Below are positions 1 to 12,599 of a stretch of DNA of 64,000 bases, in pieces. The notes beneath the pieces were generated by a model. That model searched no databases. It was not told the DNA's origin and saw nothing but the letters and a program-made list of their open reading frames with translations. The stretch's first letter is position 1. Every line of letters starts with the position of its first letter. Made by a program: the position numbers and the translations under genes. Source of the stretch: Camelus ferus (lineage: Eukaryota); contig NC_045697.1 in the NCBI RefSeq assembly GCF_009834535.1, positions 51,710,001-51,774,000 of the forward strand. Direction: 5' to 3'.

Positions 1-1711
1 TATGAATCTCAGAATGAGACATTTTGGGGATAAAGAGTTTGGTGGCATTAGGTGGTATATACTGTTGCTCAGGGTCTGATTTTCTTTTCTTGTTTCTTTC
101 ATATCTCCTATTTGGTGATGTTAGTTAATATGCTATGCTATCTTATATCTATTTTTTTCCAGTCTAGAATCTTCCATTAAAAAAAAAAAGCATACAGCAG
201 AGAGGATGCATTATTTACAGGTCTATGGAGGCAATTGGGATTGGGGGTGGAGATAAAGGTGGCATGGTGGGTCCCTAGCTTCAACTACCAGAAAATGCAT
301 TTTTGAACTAAAATGGCATATAAAAGTAGGCTTTTGGGGGTCCTGGTGAGTTTTTTGACTAGCTGATAGAACTTTCCAATCCCAATTTAAAACATATGAG
401 ATTTCTGGAAGGCCTGCTTCTGTCCGGTGGTGTCCTTCAATATGGAAGATCTTTATAGATTGAGAGGGCTGTGCTGTTAGAAGCTTGGGTGTCATGTGAA
501 TATAGCGGGACCCAGTCTGAGCAAGTAAGCCCAAAAGAAAATGAAGAACAGCACTTAGAGAGAGATTCTGCAAATGTTAGCAACCCAAACACAGTGGGAA
601 ACGTTTTATTTAGCATTATCTGTGAAATGTGATGCTTTCTAACATAGTGATTGGAATCTTGGGGTAGTACTTCCTTTGGGCTTGCAGGATATTTGATCTT
701 GCTTATAGGGTGCCAATATGTCATGCTTTCCTGCCTGGCTTCATATAGTCCTTTATTTTGCATACCTGGCTCTGAGGATGGTATTAACTGGCTGCCAGGA
801 CAAGAAAACAGACCAAGCATAGTGATGTGGGCCCAGATAAAATTAAGTCACCGTGAGAGCTCTGTTTCTATTTGGTCAGCTGCACATCATTGTCACATTT
901 GGCTTGAACTATGGTACCACACCAAGACCTAGCATAATGGTGGGGGAGGTCTCCAGAAACCTAGTATATTGGCCCTAGACCCTAACCATTAAACTAAAAA
1001 TTTTAGGGAGAGTTTTTTTTTTGTTTTTTTTGTTTTTTTTTTTTATGTGCTATGCTTGGAAACATTTTAGAAACATGTTAACCTATGAAGATGTTTAAAT
1101 TAAATTTGGGCTGTACTCATGAAACTACCTTGTTATCTTCCCCATGCTTAAAAATTAGGGGTTTGAATTAGATCTGTGATTTTTTTGTTGTTGTTCTACC
1201 TGTTGGATCTTATGTTTTGAAATATTTTGTAAACCAGATAAATGATTTATCAAGTAATTAATCATTTAACCTATCTATTAATAATCAAAAAATAATAATA
1301 CAAAATTGTGCTGGTCTAAGTCCCCAGTGAGTACAAATTACTCTCCCTCTGTACTGGTTGATGATCTTTTCTAATAAAAAGATTAAATTGTTCATTGACC
1401 TGTACTGTTCTGTTCAGCCTTATGACGTAGAGACAGTCATTCACAGATCTGCATTGCTGCCTCCACTGGTCCCTAGGAGCCCAGCGACTTAAAATTAGGA
1501 AACTGCTGACTATAAGCTTCCTGAGATTCCTTCTGGAACTGTTGTTCTTTGACTCTGTAACTAAGTTTGTGTTCTGTTTATCCTTACGGACAGTGCAGTC
1601 CTGGCCCAAGGGAGAAATCAAAACATCACACTAACCATTATTCATTAATCCTAGTTTGGAGTGGAAATTGCATGTGTATTACCTTTGAGATATGATTACT
1701 TTCTAATAATG

Positions 1712-1988
<277 letters not shown>

Positions 1989-2366
1989 GTTTATTTTTAA
2001 TCCACTAAGTATGCACAAATCCTGTGTTCTTGAAGACTTCAAAGAACCTAACTGCTATTACCATTTTGGGAGATATTATAGCTTGACTCCTAATGCAATG
2101 TGGAAATAATCAGATTAGAGAGAAATCTGCCGATCTGTCTACCTACCTATCTACACGTGCATGTGTATATTAGAGAAATATATTTAGAAGTTTATAAAAC
2201 ATTAATAGCAGAAGGGACTGCCCCTTGGATATGCTGTACGGGAGGACCAAGTTACCTCATCATAGCAATGTTGTGCCAGCTCTGTTGATGCAGCCGTTTC
2301 CCTGGGAGAGTTCCTCATACATTGCATTTGAGGAAGAGCTAACCGATGCTGAGAACCATCATTCTT

Positions 2367-2530
2367 CCCAAGGGGCCGCTAACCTTAGTGTGCATCAGAA
2401 CCTCCTGCGGGCTTGCTGAAACATTGCTTGCTAGGTGCCACCTCACAGTTTCTGATTTAGTAGGTTTGCAGAAGGACCTGAAAGCTTACATTTCTAACAT
2501 GATCTCAGTCAGTGCCAGACACCATAACTC
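2367..2530. mobile_element. MER5A-like hAT-Charlie MITE (degenerate)
   Basis: tgcatcagaa..cct..gggcttgctgaaaca..tttctgatttagtaggt..catttctaaca follows the MER5A motif order. Confidence 0.7.
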
Positions 2531-3149
2531 AGCTGTCTGCTTCTTGTTTGTGTGCAGGGATACTGGATACTAGTTTTTCCCAGCTGATCTGCTTTCTCTG
2601 GTAAAAAAAGTTTGAACTTTTTCTTTCTTTTGGTCTGTAATGCTGTCTTGGCCCTTGCCCACTGCCCAGTCATAATTCCAGCCAGTTTGACTCAGCACCT
2701 GTCAGTCCCACGTTGGATTAACTGTGCACAACTACAACTTCCTCTCTTGGTCCTCTTGCCCGGAGGCTGCATGTACGTTGGAAGCACTGGTAAGCGCTAT
2801 CTCCTGAGGCCAAGCTCTGGCAGAATACAGAAACTGTGAACTTGGACAAACCGCTTAATGTGTCTGATCCTTGGATACCTCTTTTGATTCATGTAAAGAT
2901 TTCCCAATGGTAGATGGAGCTTGTATCCTCATTTTAATTTATTCAGTAGCCAGCAGTCACTATGAAGTGCTTGTAAGTTTCTGAAGTTACTTTGCTTTCA
3001 AGAACTGGTGGCGGGACTGTGCCGTGGGGCAGCACAGAGACCTTGAGGTCTTCAGTCATCCTGTGCTTTAACAGTGTGGGGGCATCACACTTTTTGGGCT
3101 CTCATGAATCAAGCATGTACTCTGTCCATACACCAGCTCAGTGCTACAC

Positions 3150-3768
3150 TGAGCTGTATCTACACTCTAAACCTAGATGATCTCGTGTGATTTTGTGGCT
3201 TCAAATATCATCAAATAGCAATGACTCCGTGGGTCTGGCCCTGACCTCTTCCCTGAGCTCTAGACTTTTACGTGTGTCCTGCTTCCCATTCAGCTTCTCC
3301 ACTTGGATGTCAGGTAGCCGTCTCAAACTTAACAGTGCTGAAGATCGTCCCTTAACAGCTACCCCTGTGTGACTTCCTCCAAACAGAAAAGTTTGAGCCA
3401 TAATTCTCAGGCTGCAAATATAGGCTTATGCTAGACTCCTCTTTCCCTCATCTCTTTCGTAAAACCCATGCATAAATCTTCAGATTGTTCTCTAAAATAT
3501 ATTCTGAATCTACATATGAAATCTCCAATGCTACAGCTTTGGTTTAAACCATTATCCCATTATCGTTTCTCCCCTGGATACTACAGAGACCTCCTGGAGG
3601 TTTGCTTTTTGCTTTTTTTTTTTTTTTGGTCCATTTGTGTCTCTCTTCATCCTTTACATAAAAGTTGAAGTGACCTTTCTAAACATGATGAACTTTTCTT
3701 TGTTTAAAAGCTTTCAGTTGCTTCCCATTAAAATTCACATTCTTGCCATGACTTTTAAGACCCTATGT
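3150..3768 (+). mobile_element. L2 LINE fragment (5' part of an interrupted copy)
   Basis: ggcttcaaatatcatc..atgactcc..ctgacctcttccctgagctctagac..ctccacttggatgtc..tctcaaacttaaca is the typical L2 ORF2-end/3' region. Confidence 0.75.
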
Positions 3769-4284
3769 CCGTAGTTCTAATAAGCACTGTGTCTCATAAT
3801 CACCTAAAGAGCTTTTAAAAAAATATAGATGCCGAAACCCCAGCCCCAGCAATATAGATTCATTTAGTTTGGAGTAAAGCTCAGCATAAGTAGACTAAAT
3901 ACTGCTCTAGATGTTTCTTTTCTTTTTTTTTTTAAACATTTTTTTATTGAGTTATAGTCATTTTACAATGTTGTGTCAAACTCCAGTGTGGAGCACAATT
4001 TTTCAGTTATACATGAACATACATATATTCATTGTCACATTTTTTTTCTCTGTGAGCTACCACAAGATCTTGTATATATTTCCCTGTGCTATACAGTATA
4101 ATCTTGTTTATCTATTCTACATATGCCTTTCGGTATCTACAAATTCTGGACTACAGTCTATCCTTTCACACCCCCATCCCCCTTGGCAACTGCAAGTTTG
4201 TATTCTATGTCTATGAGTCTGTTTCTGTTTTGTATTTATCTAGATGTTTCTAATGTGCAACTTGAGTTGAGAATCATTGTTCTA
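3769..4284. mobile_element. MER5B-like MITE split by an L1 insertion
   Basis: aatcacctaaagagcttttaaaaaaatatagatgcc..ccccag before the L1; tctaatgtgcaa..gagttgagaatcattgttcta after it. Confidence 0.7.
3919..4238 (-). mobile_element. Young 5'-truncated L1 3'UTR (camelid-type) with 13-bp TSD
   Basis: Poly-T tail, L1 3'UTR sequence, exact TSD TCTAGATGTTTCT at 3906-3918 and 4239-4251; minus-strand target TT/AGAA. Confidence 0.92.
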
Positions 4285-4289
4285 TCTAG

Positions 4290-4447
4290 GAGGCCTTTAA
4301 CCTTAGTGGGCATGAGAGGGCTTGTTAAAACATAGATTTCTAGGTGCCACATGAGGGTTTCTATTTCAGTAGATCTGCAGAGGAGCCTGAAAATTTGCAT
4401 TCCTAGCAAGTTCCCAGGTGACCCTACGTTTGGAGAACCACTGTTCT
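4290..4447. mobile_element. MER5A MITE
   Basis: agggcttgttaaaacatagatt..cctgaaaatttgcattcctagcaagttcccaggtga..tttggagaaccactg. Confidence 0.8.
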
Positions 4448-4895
4448 GCAAGATCTGGTCTTGGCATTTTTCTCTGATATCATTCCCTTGTTCGCTACGT
4501 TCAGCCCCTCTGGTCGTCCTTTGTCTTTCAAATCCAAATTTTTTCTGTCTCTAGCCCTTTGGAAATGTTGTTTTTTTGTCTCAGAACATTCTTTTCTAGA
4601 TCGTTAAATAGAGAGTCCTACTCATCATTTGGGTGTTAACTTAAATTCCATTTCCTCAAAGAGGACTTTTTTGGCCTTCTAGCTGAAACAGAAACCTTGA
4701 TCACTTTACACTATGGTAGTGTTTTCAATCTTACTTGTAGCCATTATTGGCATCTAAAATTTATCTTGAATTTGTTTTTTACATTTATTGTTGAGGGCTC
4801 TCTCTACTGAGGACAAGGACTCTTTCTTCTGGGTCTTGTGCCACAATGCTTGGCACACAGTGTTTGCTCAGCAAATCATTATTGACAAACTGAAT
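4448..4895 (+). mobile_element. L2 3' end (continuation of 3150-3768)
   Basis: Resumes at gatctgg; ends acaatgcttggcacacagtgtttgctcagcaaat..tgaat. Confidence 0.7.
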
Positions 4896-5419
4896 GGTGT
4901 GAATATTGGCATCGGGAATTGATTACCACTTTTGAAAGGTGAATTATAGACCTTCCTTGATGTGTTTAGATTTCCCAGTGTGTAACTTTCACACACAAAG
5001 GGAGTGCTATGAACTTGAAAGTTTTAAGGTTCCTAAAGTTTCGTGTAAATCAATTCCATCCTCCTGAATAGTGTTTTAATGCTGTGGTTTCACAAGTAAG
5101 CTTTTTTTTCCCCTTCTCATTCTCCATATCTTCTTCTTTTACATATGAGCCAGTGAAGGGACAATATCATTTTGATGCAAGCCCACACTTGAGTTCAACA
5201 CCAGAGTCGAGGTACAGTGCATCTCTTAATTAATTTATTCCTGTGAAGCAACGGAAACGTATAGAAATCAGCACGGCAATGTGTTGCTTAAAAAAAGGAT
5301 AAGATTTTTAAAGAGACATTATAAAAATATTATACTTTGGACTAATTCCTTGGAAGAGAATGAATATATTGACTTTTTCTAGTCAAGGTTGTGACTATAG
5401 CAACCTATGGTTCTTCTTT

Positions 5420-5595
5420 CTGAGCACTGATTGCACATAAATTGTTTGTTTAATGCTTTCCCTCTGTTAAACTGGAAACTCCATGAGAGTTGGAACTGTG
5501 TCAGTGATGATCACTCCTATAGCCACAAAACCAGGCATCATGCCTGATAATGGTAGGCACACAATGAATATCTGATGAGTTACTGAATGAATGAA
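5420..5595 (+). mobile_element. L2 3' tail
   Basis: actggaaactccatgagag..tgcctgataatggtaggcacacaatgaatatctg..tgaatgaatgaa. Confidence 0.7.
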
Positions 5596-5984
5596 GACAC
5601 AGTACATAAATTCCTTGTCGCTGTACTATAATCTGCTTGCTACCACCTTTCAGATTTTATGAACTTTAGTTGAATAAATGCTTCTTCTGTTCAGAAAGCC
5701 CCTCCTTCCTTTCCCTTTGGTATCCAGAACTCTGCCTTGTAACCTTTTATTTCTTTTCCTGGTTTCTCCTTGATGGAATGTAAAAAGGATCCTCAAGCCA
5801 AGTACAGAAAGCCACACTTCAGTTTCTTGGATCGTTTGATTTCTTTTAAGCAACTATTGGTTTTTCCAACTTTTGTGTCTCTCAGTAACTCCTAGGATTC
5901 TTTATATTCCTGTGAGTGAGTTCTCTCTCTTTCTGTTTCTTAGGAAGCAATAAATAGATTGATTAACATCTGGATAGAACTTGA

Positions 5985-6300
5985 CTGAGTCATTTTTTCA
6001 ATCAAGAGTACTGTGTACTTTCAGTGCTGGGGATGCAACAGTGAACAAAAACAGGCATAGTATTTGCCCCCATGGAGTTTAGATAAAGTGGGAAATACAG
6101 GCTTTACTTTTTACAAAGTCACCCAACTGAGTAAAGATAAACTGGCATAAATGCTATGAAGAAAAGGGACATTGTTTTATGAAATAAGTAACAAACTCAT
6201 CTGACCTAGGCTCGGGATTGGGGAAAGTTTCCCTGCAGAAACGGTATTTAAGCTGAGTTTTTAAGGATGAATAGGAGTTCCCTAGATAAGGTGCTTGCTG
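5985..6300 (-). mobile_element. L2 3' fragment
   Basis: gtgctggggatgcaacagtgaacaaaa..ccatggagttta..tttaagctgag..aaggatgaataggagtt. Confidence 0.75.
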
Positions 6301-6449
6301 AACACATTTTAGGAAGTAAAAGGGTGCAGAGACCACAAGGTCATGTTACCAGGGTTGACTAAGATAAAATTTGACTTTCAGAAGAAAACTAATCTGTCAC
6401 TGTTGTCCTCCTGAGCTACCACAGGTGTTTTATCTGTGTTTTACTAATA

Positions 6450-6640
6450 CTAATACTAGTTAAAAATTTGTAAGCACCGATTATTGTGTGCCAGACCCAG
6501 ACCTGCCCTTTACAGGAATTATCTTAATCCTGACAGCAGTTCCCATTTATGGATTAGGAATCTGGGGAACTGAGTGTCCTGTCTCATGGAAGACCCCAGT
6601 ATCTGCATTCAGAACCTGAACTTTTGACTGTTATGTTGTC
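6450..6640 (-). mobile_element. MIR SINE (degenerate)
   Basis: atttgtaagcac..tgtgtgccag..atcttaatcctgacagc..cccatttatggattaggaa. Confidence 0.6.
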
Positions 6641-8704
6641 CTGGTTCCCAGAGGGTGTTCCTAATATTTCAGATAGCTTGGACAGCTTGCATTCCAACAT
6701 AGACACATATGGATCTCTCTTTGTTTATGTATTTCCTGTCCATATACTTATGTATATAATGGTGTATGTCTGTATGTTTATGTAAAATATAACCTTGTGG
6801 GTATCTGGGAGGTATATAGATAGTAAAAAAATATATATTTCATTAGTATATTTTGAGGCTGAAAATTGGATCTAAGGACTTAATATCAGTTTAACAATGA
6901 AAAAAACTGCTGATTGGGATAGATGGATGAGTATTAATAATTAATAAATGGAATTGGGCTGTTGTCTATCAAACTTGGGTGCCTAACCACAGCAGGTGTG
7001 TGAATTTCATTAGGGCAAGTGAAAATCTTCTGCGTCTGGCCTTATCCTCTGCCGCTAAAGCAGCTCATCTCCATCCACAGTAGCTGCTTATAGCTTTAAA
7101 TAGCACACCCTGGACTCCCTCTGCCAACTTTTTTCAAGCCAGCCAGGGTTACAGTGGGGCCATGGTTGCACGGACGATGCTGTCTGTGCGAGGCCAGGGA
7201 AGGGGTTAGCGAATTGGCCAGCTGCCTGGGCACCGGTGCAGGGAAGCCGTGGAGCAGTGCAGCAATTTCCTGCTTGGGGTGAAGCCCTAGAAGGCTGGTG
7301 CTGGCTAATCCCAGATTCTTAAATTCTTTAGTGATACCTCACTGCTCCCCTTCCACGCCCCTGTGTTTTTCTCCAGGGAGATTTGATTTGTGCTATTCAC
7401 AGGTACACGGGGGATGATTTAAGGGACCCCTGCCCTGACTCAGAGTCATTTTGCCTGGAATTTTCACTATTAGAAAACGCAAGTGTCATACTCTCTAGTA
7501 GTGAGTTTCTAACTTAGATTAAATCACATTAGCAGTTGAGCAGGCTTGCTCCTGAGGCCACTGACGGGCTGGGAGAAAGGACCAGTGAGGAAGACTGAAA
7601 ACATGAAGCATAGGCCAGGAAGGGCGGGAAGAACTGGGCAGTGCCTGGGAAATAGACCTTCAGGAAGGAGATGAACTAAAGAAAAGGACTGCACATTTTC
7701 TGCTCTTCACTCTTTTACTCAAGTCTGATCTTGACTTTGCCCATTTCTCTTTCTTTGGAGAATGAGACCGAAAGAAAATCAGCAGATTTATTCCTATAAA
7801 TTCCTTAAAGTGTCACTTCTGTCAAGGTGATGAACTCTCCCACACCAGATAGGGCTAATAATTGGCTTCTTTTCTGAGTTATCCTAATTGTCTTGGCAGA
7901 CGTATATGTGTTTTACTTTATTTTTTAACTTCTGATGCCCCTCTAATAATTGGTGGCGTTTCAGGGAAAACTTTGAGGACAAGGTTTTTCCTTAAGTTAT
8001 GTCAGAGGGGTGGGGCACTTCTTAATGGAAGGGACATCTGGTCGCGCCTTACGTCTGGTCCTTTTATCTGATCCCTGTGCTTATCCAGGGCTTGTCCAGC
8101 ATGGAGCATTCTTCCCCAGGGAAGTGGCATCTCCCAGAAGCGTTTACTCTGACTCAAAATGAGTGAGTCCTGAGACTTTGTGCTTTGACTGTCGATAATG
8201 TGGAGCAGGGACCGTCCCCAGGGCGGACCACCCTGGAGCTGTGAGCACACCTGGCAGGAACATAGAGGCTTGCGTGTTCTCCCAGGGTCTCAGTCAGAGA
8301 GCTGCAGGTACAGATCACTCACATCGTTGTAGATGGAACTGACGCCCAGGAAGTCCGATGATGAAATCAGCATCACATTTCTAATCAGCAGCAGGGAAAG
8401 ACCTGGGACCCAGGTCTCACTACTCCTGTCTCCAGTGTTTCCCTGTCGACCACTGGGTTATGAATCCAGAGTACTTTAGAGAGATCGCGGGGCAGCTTCC
8501 TGTTCTATCCAGTTCTAGTTTTTTCCTTCTCCTCAGCTCGAATACTTGGTTTGATGTTGTAAAATTACTATCCATTCCAGTATTTATTTGAGCTATCTGC
8601 CCTATGCCTAGTTCTCATGACGTATCATACCAGTTCTGTACTTCAGAACGTATATATCAGACGAACAACAGGCATTTTACTTAAGAACAGTGAAGAGCAC
8701 GTAC

Positions 8705-8940
8705 AGGTTAAGGGCACAGACTCTGGAGTTGGTGAGCAGCGTGAGTCCTGACTTCGCCACATCCCTAGGCATAAAACCATCCCAAGTGTCTCATTTCCTC
8801 ATTAGTAAAGTGGCTATAATAATAAATAATAATTTAATAATAATAATAAAACCTGTTTCATGGGTTATTGTGAGCAATACATTTTCCATGTGAGCACTTA
8901 GTCCTGTACCCGGGATTTAATCAAGTTAAATATTATTACT
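8705..8940 (+). mobile_element. MIR SINE
   Basis: ggttaagggcacagactctggag..gtctcatttcctcattagtaaagtgg..catgggttattgtgag..gagcacttag. Confidence 0.75.
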
Positions 8941-9955
8941 CTTTTAAATATGATTGGTTTTTATAGTTTATTACTCATACAGATTATCATTGCCTCTGCT
9001 TTATAAATCATGGAACATTGTCAGCATGTATGCATTTAGAGAGAGTCCAGGGCTGTTTTCACAGAGAAGCAGTTCTGAGGGTCAGGTGAGTGTAGGTGCC
9101 TGCGTGCAGTCCCGCCCTCCTCCTGCCTGCCCTTCTCCCTCCCCATCCCTCTCCCCTCTCTCCTTCTGTTGAAGTCTCTGCTGTTGCTGACTTTTCAAGG
9201 GACTCAAAGAGATCATATGTTAGGACAATGTCAGCTAAGCATTTAAGGAAAGATCAAAACCAAGACCATGTGAAGAAAGCTAAAAAGGACTCTTTCCGAG
9301 TATGTGACCTGAGCAAGATTAAATACTTGGGAAGTAAAGGTTGCTCTACAGTTTTTGGCAGTTAAAGCTTAAAAGGAAATCTATTAGGTCTCATAGTTCT
9401 CATTTCTTGATAATAGAAAACAATATACATTAAACCTTCAGAGGCAAATGATTTTTTTTTCCCAGAAAGGCTAAACTCAAGTCATAATAATTGTAGACCT
9501 TACTCATAAATCAAACATTGATCTTAATAAACTGAACTTGATAGACAACTTAGTCTTTGCATTTGCAAGTCACATTTTCATGTTATTTTTGCCTTTTAAT
9601 GTGATCTAACTATAATCGGGCTGTATGTTAAAGCTGTTGTTCAGATTATGCATGGAAGTGCATAATGCAGTGTCGGGTGAGTCGCTTTCAAGTGGGTTGC
9701 ATTTTGCCATTTTCTAAATTTTTTAAACTAGCAAAGGCAACAGGGATGAGTCATGAAATTATTTAAATGACTGTTTAAAAGCTTTTAATACAGATTCTTC
9801 ATAGTTAATCTTAATTAAGATTTAGTGTAATGTGTAGAATTGCTTCACATGTTACCTTACACAAGGTAGACAATAAGTTTTCTTGTATATTTCATTTTAA
9901 TTTGAGAGTGACGTTTGCATACAATTTTACTGTTTGGTTTAATTTGCTTTCACAG

Positions 9956-10035
9956 TACTGAAAAACGAAGTACTTGTAAAACATATAGGACAATATTACT
10001 CTCAGGGTGTTTTTTTATGTTAATTGTGTAAACGG
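9956..10035 (+). other. Candidate 80-nt non-coding (5'UTR or poison) exon
   Basis: Acceptor tgtttggtttaatttgctttcacag|, donor CGG|gtaaga, stops in all three frames, repeat-free flanks; no transcript evidence. Confidence 0.35.
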
Positions 10036-11807
10036 GTAAGAACTCTAGAAACTGCTTTTCAGAAACAAAACAACTAATTACTCTGGGCTTGTGTTACCTG
10101 TATGAAGTTATAAAGAAATTGCCTCAAAATTCATTGGAAATGGAAAGTTTTTTTTCCTTTAATGCATGTGTCAAATATAGACTGAATAGACACCGCCTAT
10201 ATTTTTTTTACTTTTCGTATTCAACTTTTACAATAGTTAAATCTTTACTCTTTGTTATATGAGAGATTATTGGGTATATGACTATAAGGTTAAAAATTAG
10301 GTAATTAGATTCAGGCATCAGCATCCTCTCTCATTCACTTTTATATGAGCCCTGTCTGAAAATAAAGTAAGAAAAATATTACTTTCTATCTTGTGGGGTT
10401 ATGGTTGGGATTTTATAGTTTTAAAACTTAAAGCAATTCTGTTAAACAATTACGAGTGTGAGGAAATTAGCTCACTTTGGCATTCTCTTAGTCTTAAGTA
10501 TGTCTTTTTTCCTTTTATTAACTTTGTCTACCATTAACATTTTAACTTTTGTAATGGTTTTAACTTTAAAAAATGTTTTAACATTGTCAGGAATGAAGAC
10601 TGTTCTTTTTTTTTGGTTATGATTCATTTGTACACCAGTTTCCAAAAAAGCTCTTACACAAGGTGTAATGATTGAATAGAATTGAACCTGTGTGTGGGAG
10701 ACTTAGAAGTTAGTTTGATAAGTACAATCATCCTGTTTTTATTCTAAAGTTAGAAGGAGAACAGTTTAAGTTTAGAGAATCACTGTTTTCTCACCACAGT
10801 GCCTGGCATGAATCACCAACTTTGTAGGTAACTTCGTTTCCCTTTCTGTTTCTGGCCTCTGAGTCTCAAGCAACCTTAAGTGTTCTGTGAAGTGCCCTCA
10901 ACATGCAAGCATTCTGTCATCTCCAGAGGATTAGCACCCGGACAACGTAAGGAGATGCTGCTTATCCTGTTCTGAGAGAGAGGAAATTTCATGGAAGTGA
11001 AATGGAAGTTGAATGGAGAGAAACTAGCTGGAGTAAATTTTACTTAGTGACCTTGCAGACTGGACCAGGTGTTAGAAAGATCAGAATCCGTGGTGAGTGT
11101 TGAGGGTGAAGTTTGGCCCACTGCACCCACTCAGAAGGTCAACGGTGGGAGGAAAGGTTTCCAGTCTTTTTTTCCAATTATGGATTTGTGTGTAGGAGAA
11201 AGGATGTTCCATTTCCTATTTGACTGTGAAATGTCCTTCCTTTGGGGTCTCTTTTATTGTATTGGCTCCAGCAGTTTAACCTGCCATCTCACTTAGGCTT
11301 CATTTCTATAGAAGTTTCCCATGTTTTTACTTAAAATTCTTGAGCTTTCTTTCCTTGTTTAGTTAAGGGGTCATTTAAAGCTCCATGTTTTAGTGGGAAG
11401 TTTTGGGGCCATCTCAAATAGAAATTTAGGTATTTGACATTATTTTAGAGATCTAGGTAGAGCAATGCTATGGTTAAAGAGCTTGGAAACTTGTTGAAAT
11501 CATTTTGTTTGCTTGCTGAAAGCATTCATTCATATGTGATTACTATGGCTTGACTTTTCTGAGAATTGCTCTTTATTATAGTAATGGAGGTAGATAATAA
11601 AAGCTATAAATAACTTCAATTTAAATAGAGGATATTATTGACAAAGATAGACTTCAACATAAACAGTAGGCAATGCACAGTATTTGGCAATGTACAATAT
11701 ACTTTCACATATAGTTTAAGAACTAGTCAATTTTGAGGATGTTTCTCTGTAGAATTTGTTTTTGGAACAGTTATAAGGAAACTCACTTTTACAATGAGAA
11801 TATAAAT

Positions 11808-11900
11808 AAATATTTATTGAGTATTGGTTACATGCCAGACACTCTGCTAAGTACTTTATATGTATTATGTTTAATAATATAAAAATATAAAAATAGGTAA
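11808..11900 (-). mobile_element. MIR/L2 3' tail fragment
   Basis: atatttattgagtatt..catgccagacactctgctaagtactttatatgtatt. Confidence 0.6.
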
Positions 11901-12599
11901 GAGAGGTTGATCACCGACTGTATAGAATTAGGCTTAACTACTTAGGGCCTGGATTATTTCACATAAAGTTTATAAATATTTGGATTGATTTTTAAATGTT
12001 GCCAGATAATCATTAATTTACACAATTTATTTTATTTTATTTTGCAATTATAGGTTGATTGTTTATATGAAACTATATGAAATGTTTTGGTGAGAATATA
12101 GATTATTCAAACATGGTCTTTGAGAATTTACAGCATGGTGAGGAACAGTGACTATAGTTTGAGTTTGGGCAGAAATATGGAAAAGTGTGGGGCACAGCTG
12201 GTAGACTGGTTAGCTACATCCAGGAGAAAATTATTGCATGAAAATCTGATGAGCCTCCTGAAAGAGAGAGTTTACCTCAGGGAAGAAGAATTCGGCTCTT
12301 CTGAGCTTGACTTGGTCTTGGGCATTGAGGGATGGAACAATTCTAAGCATAGAATAATGTTTCTTCTTCATATTTTTTTTTTTATTTCTGTAGCTCTCAA
12401 TAGATTTATGTCTGAGTTCCATGGAAATATAGGAGGACATTTAAATAAAAACCGTGAGAGAAGCCTTGTTCACAGACATATGGGAAACGTGTCTTGGAGT
12501 CTTCCAGAAATACTTGTGACTTATATGGGCCTAGGAACCCCATATTGGTGACATTTAAGTTATTACTATTAAGACTCACCTGATTGCACCTGTAGATGG

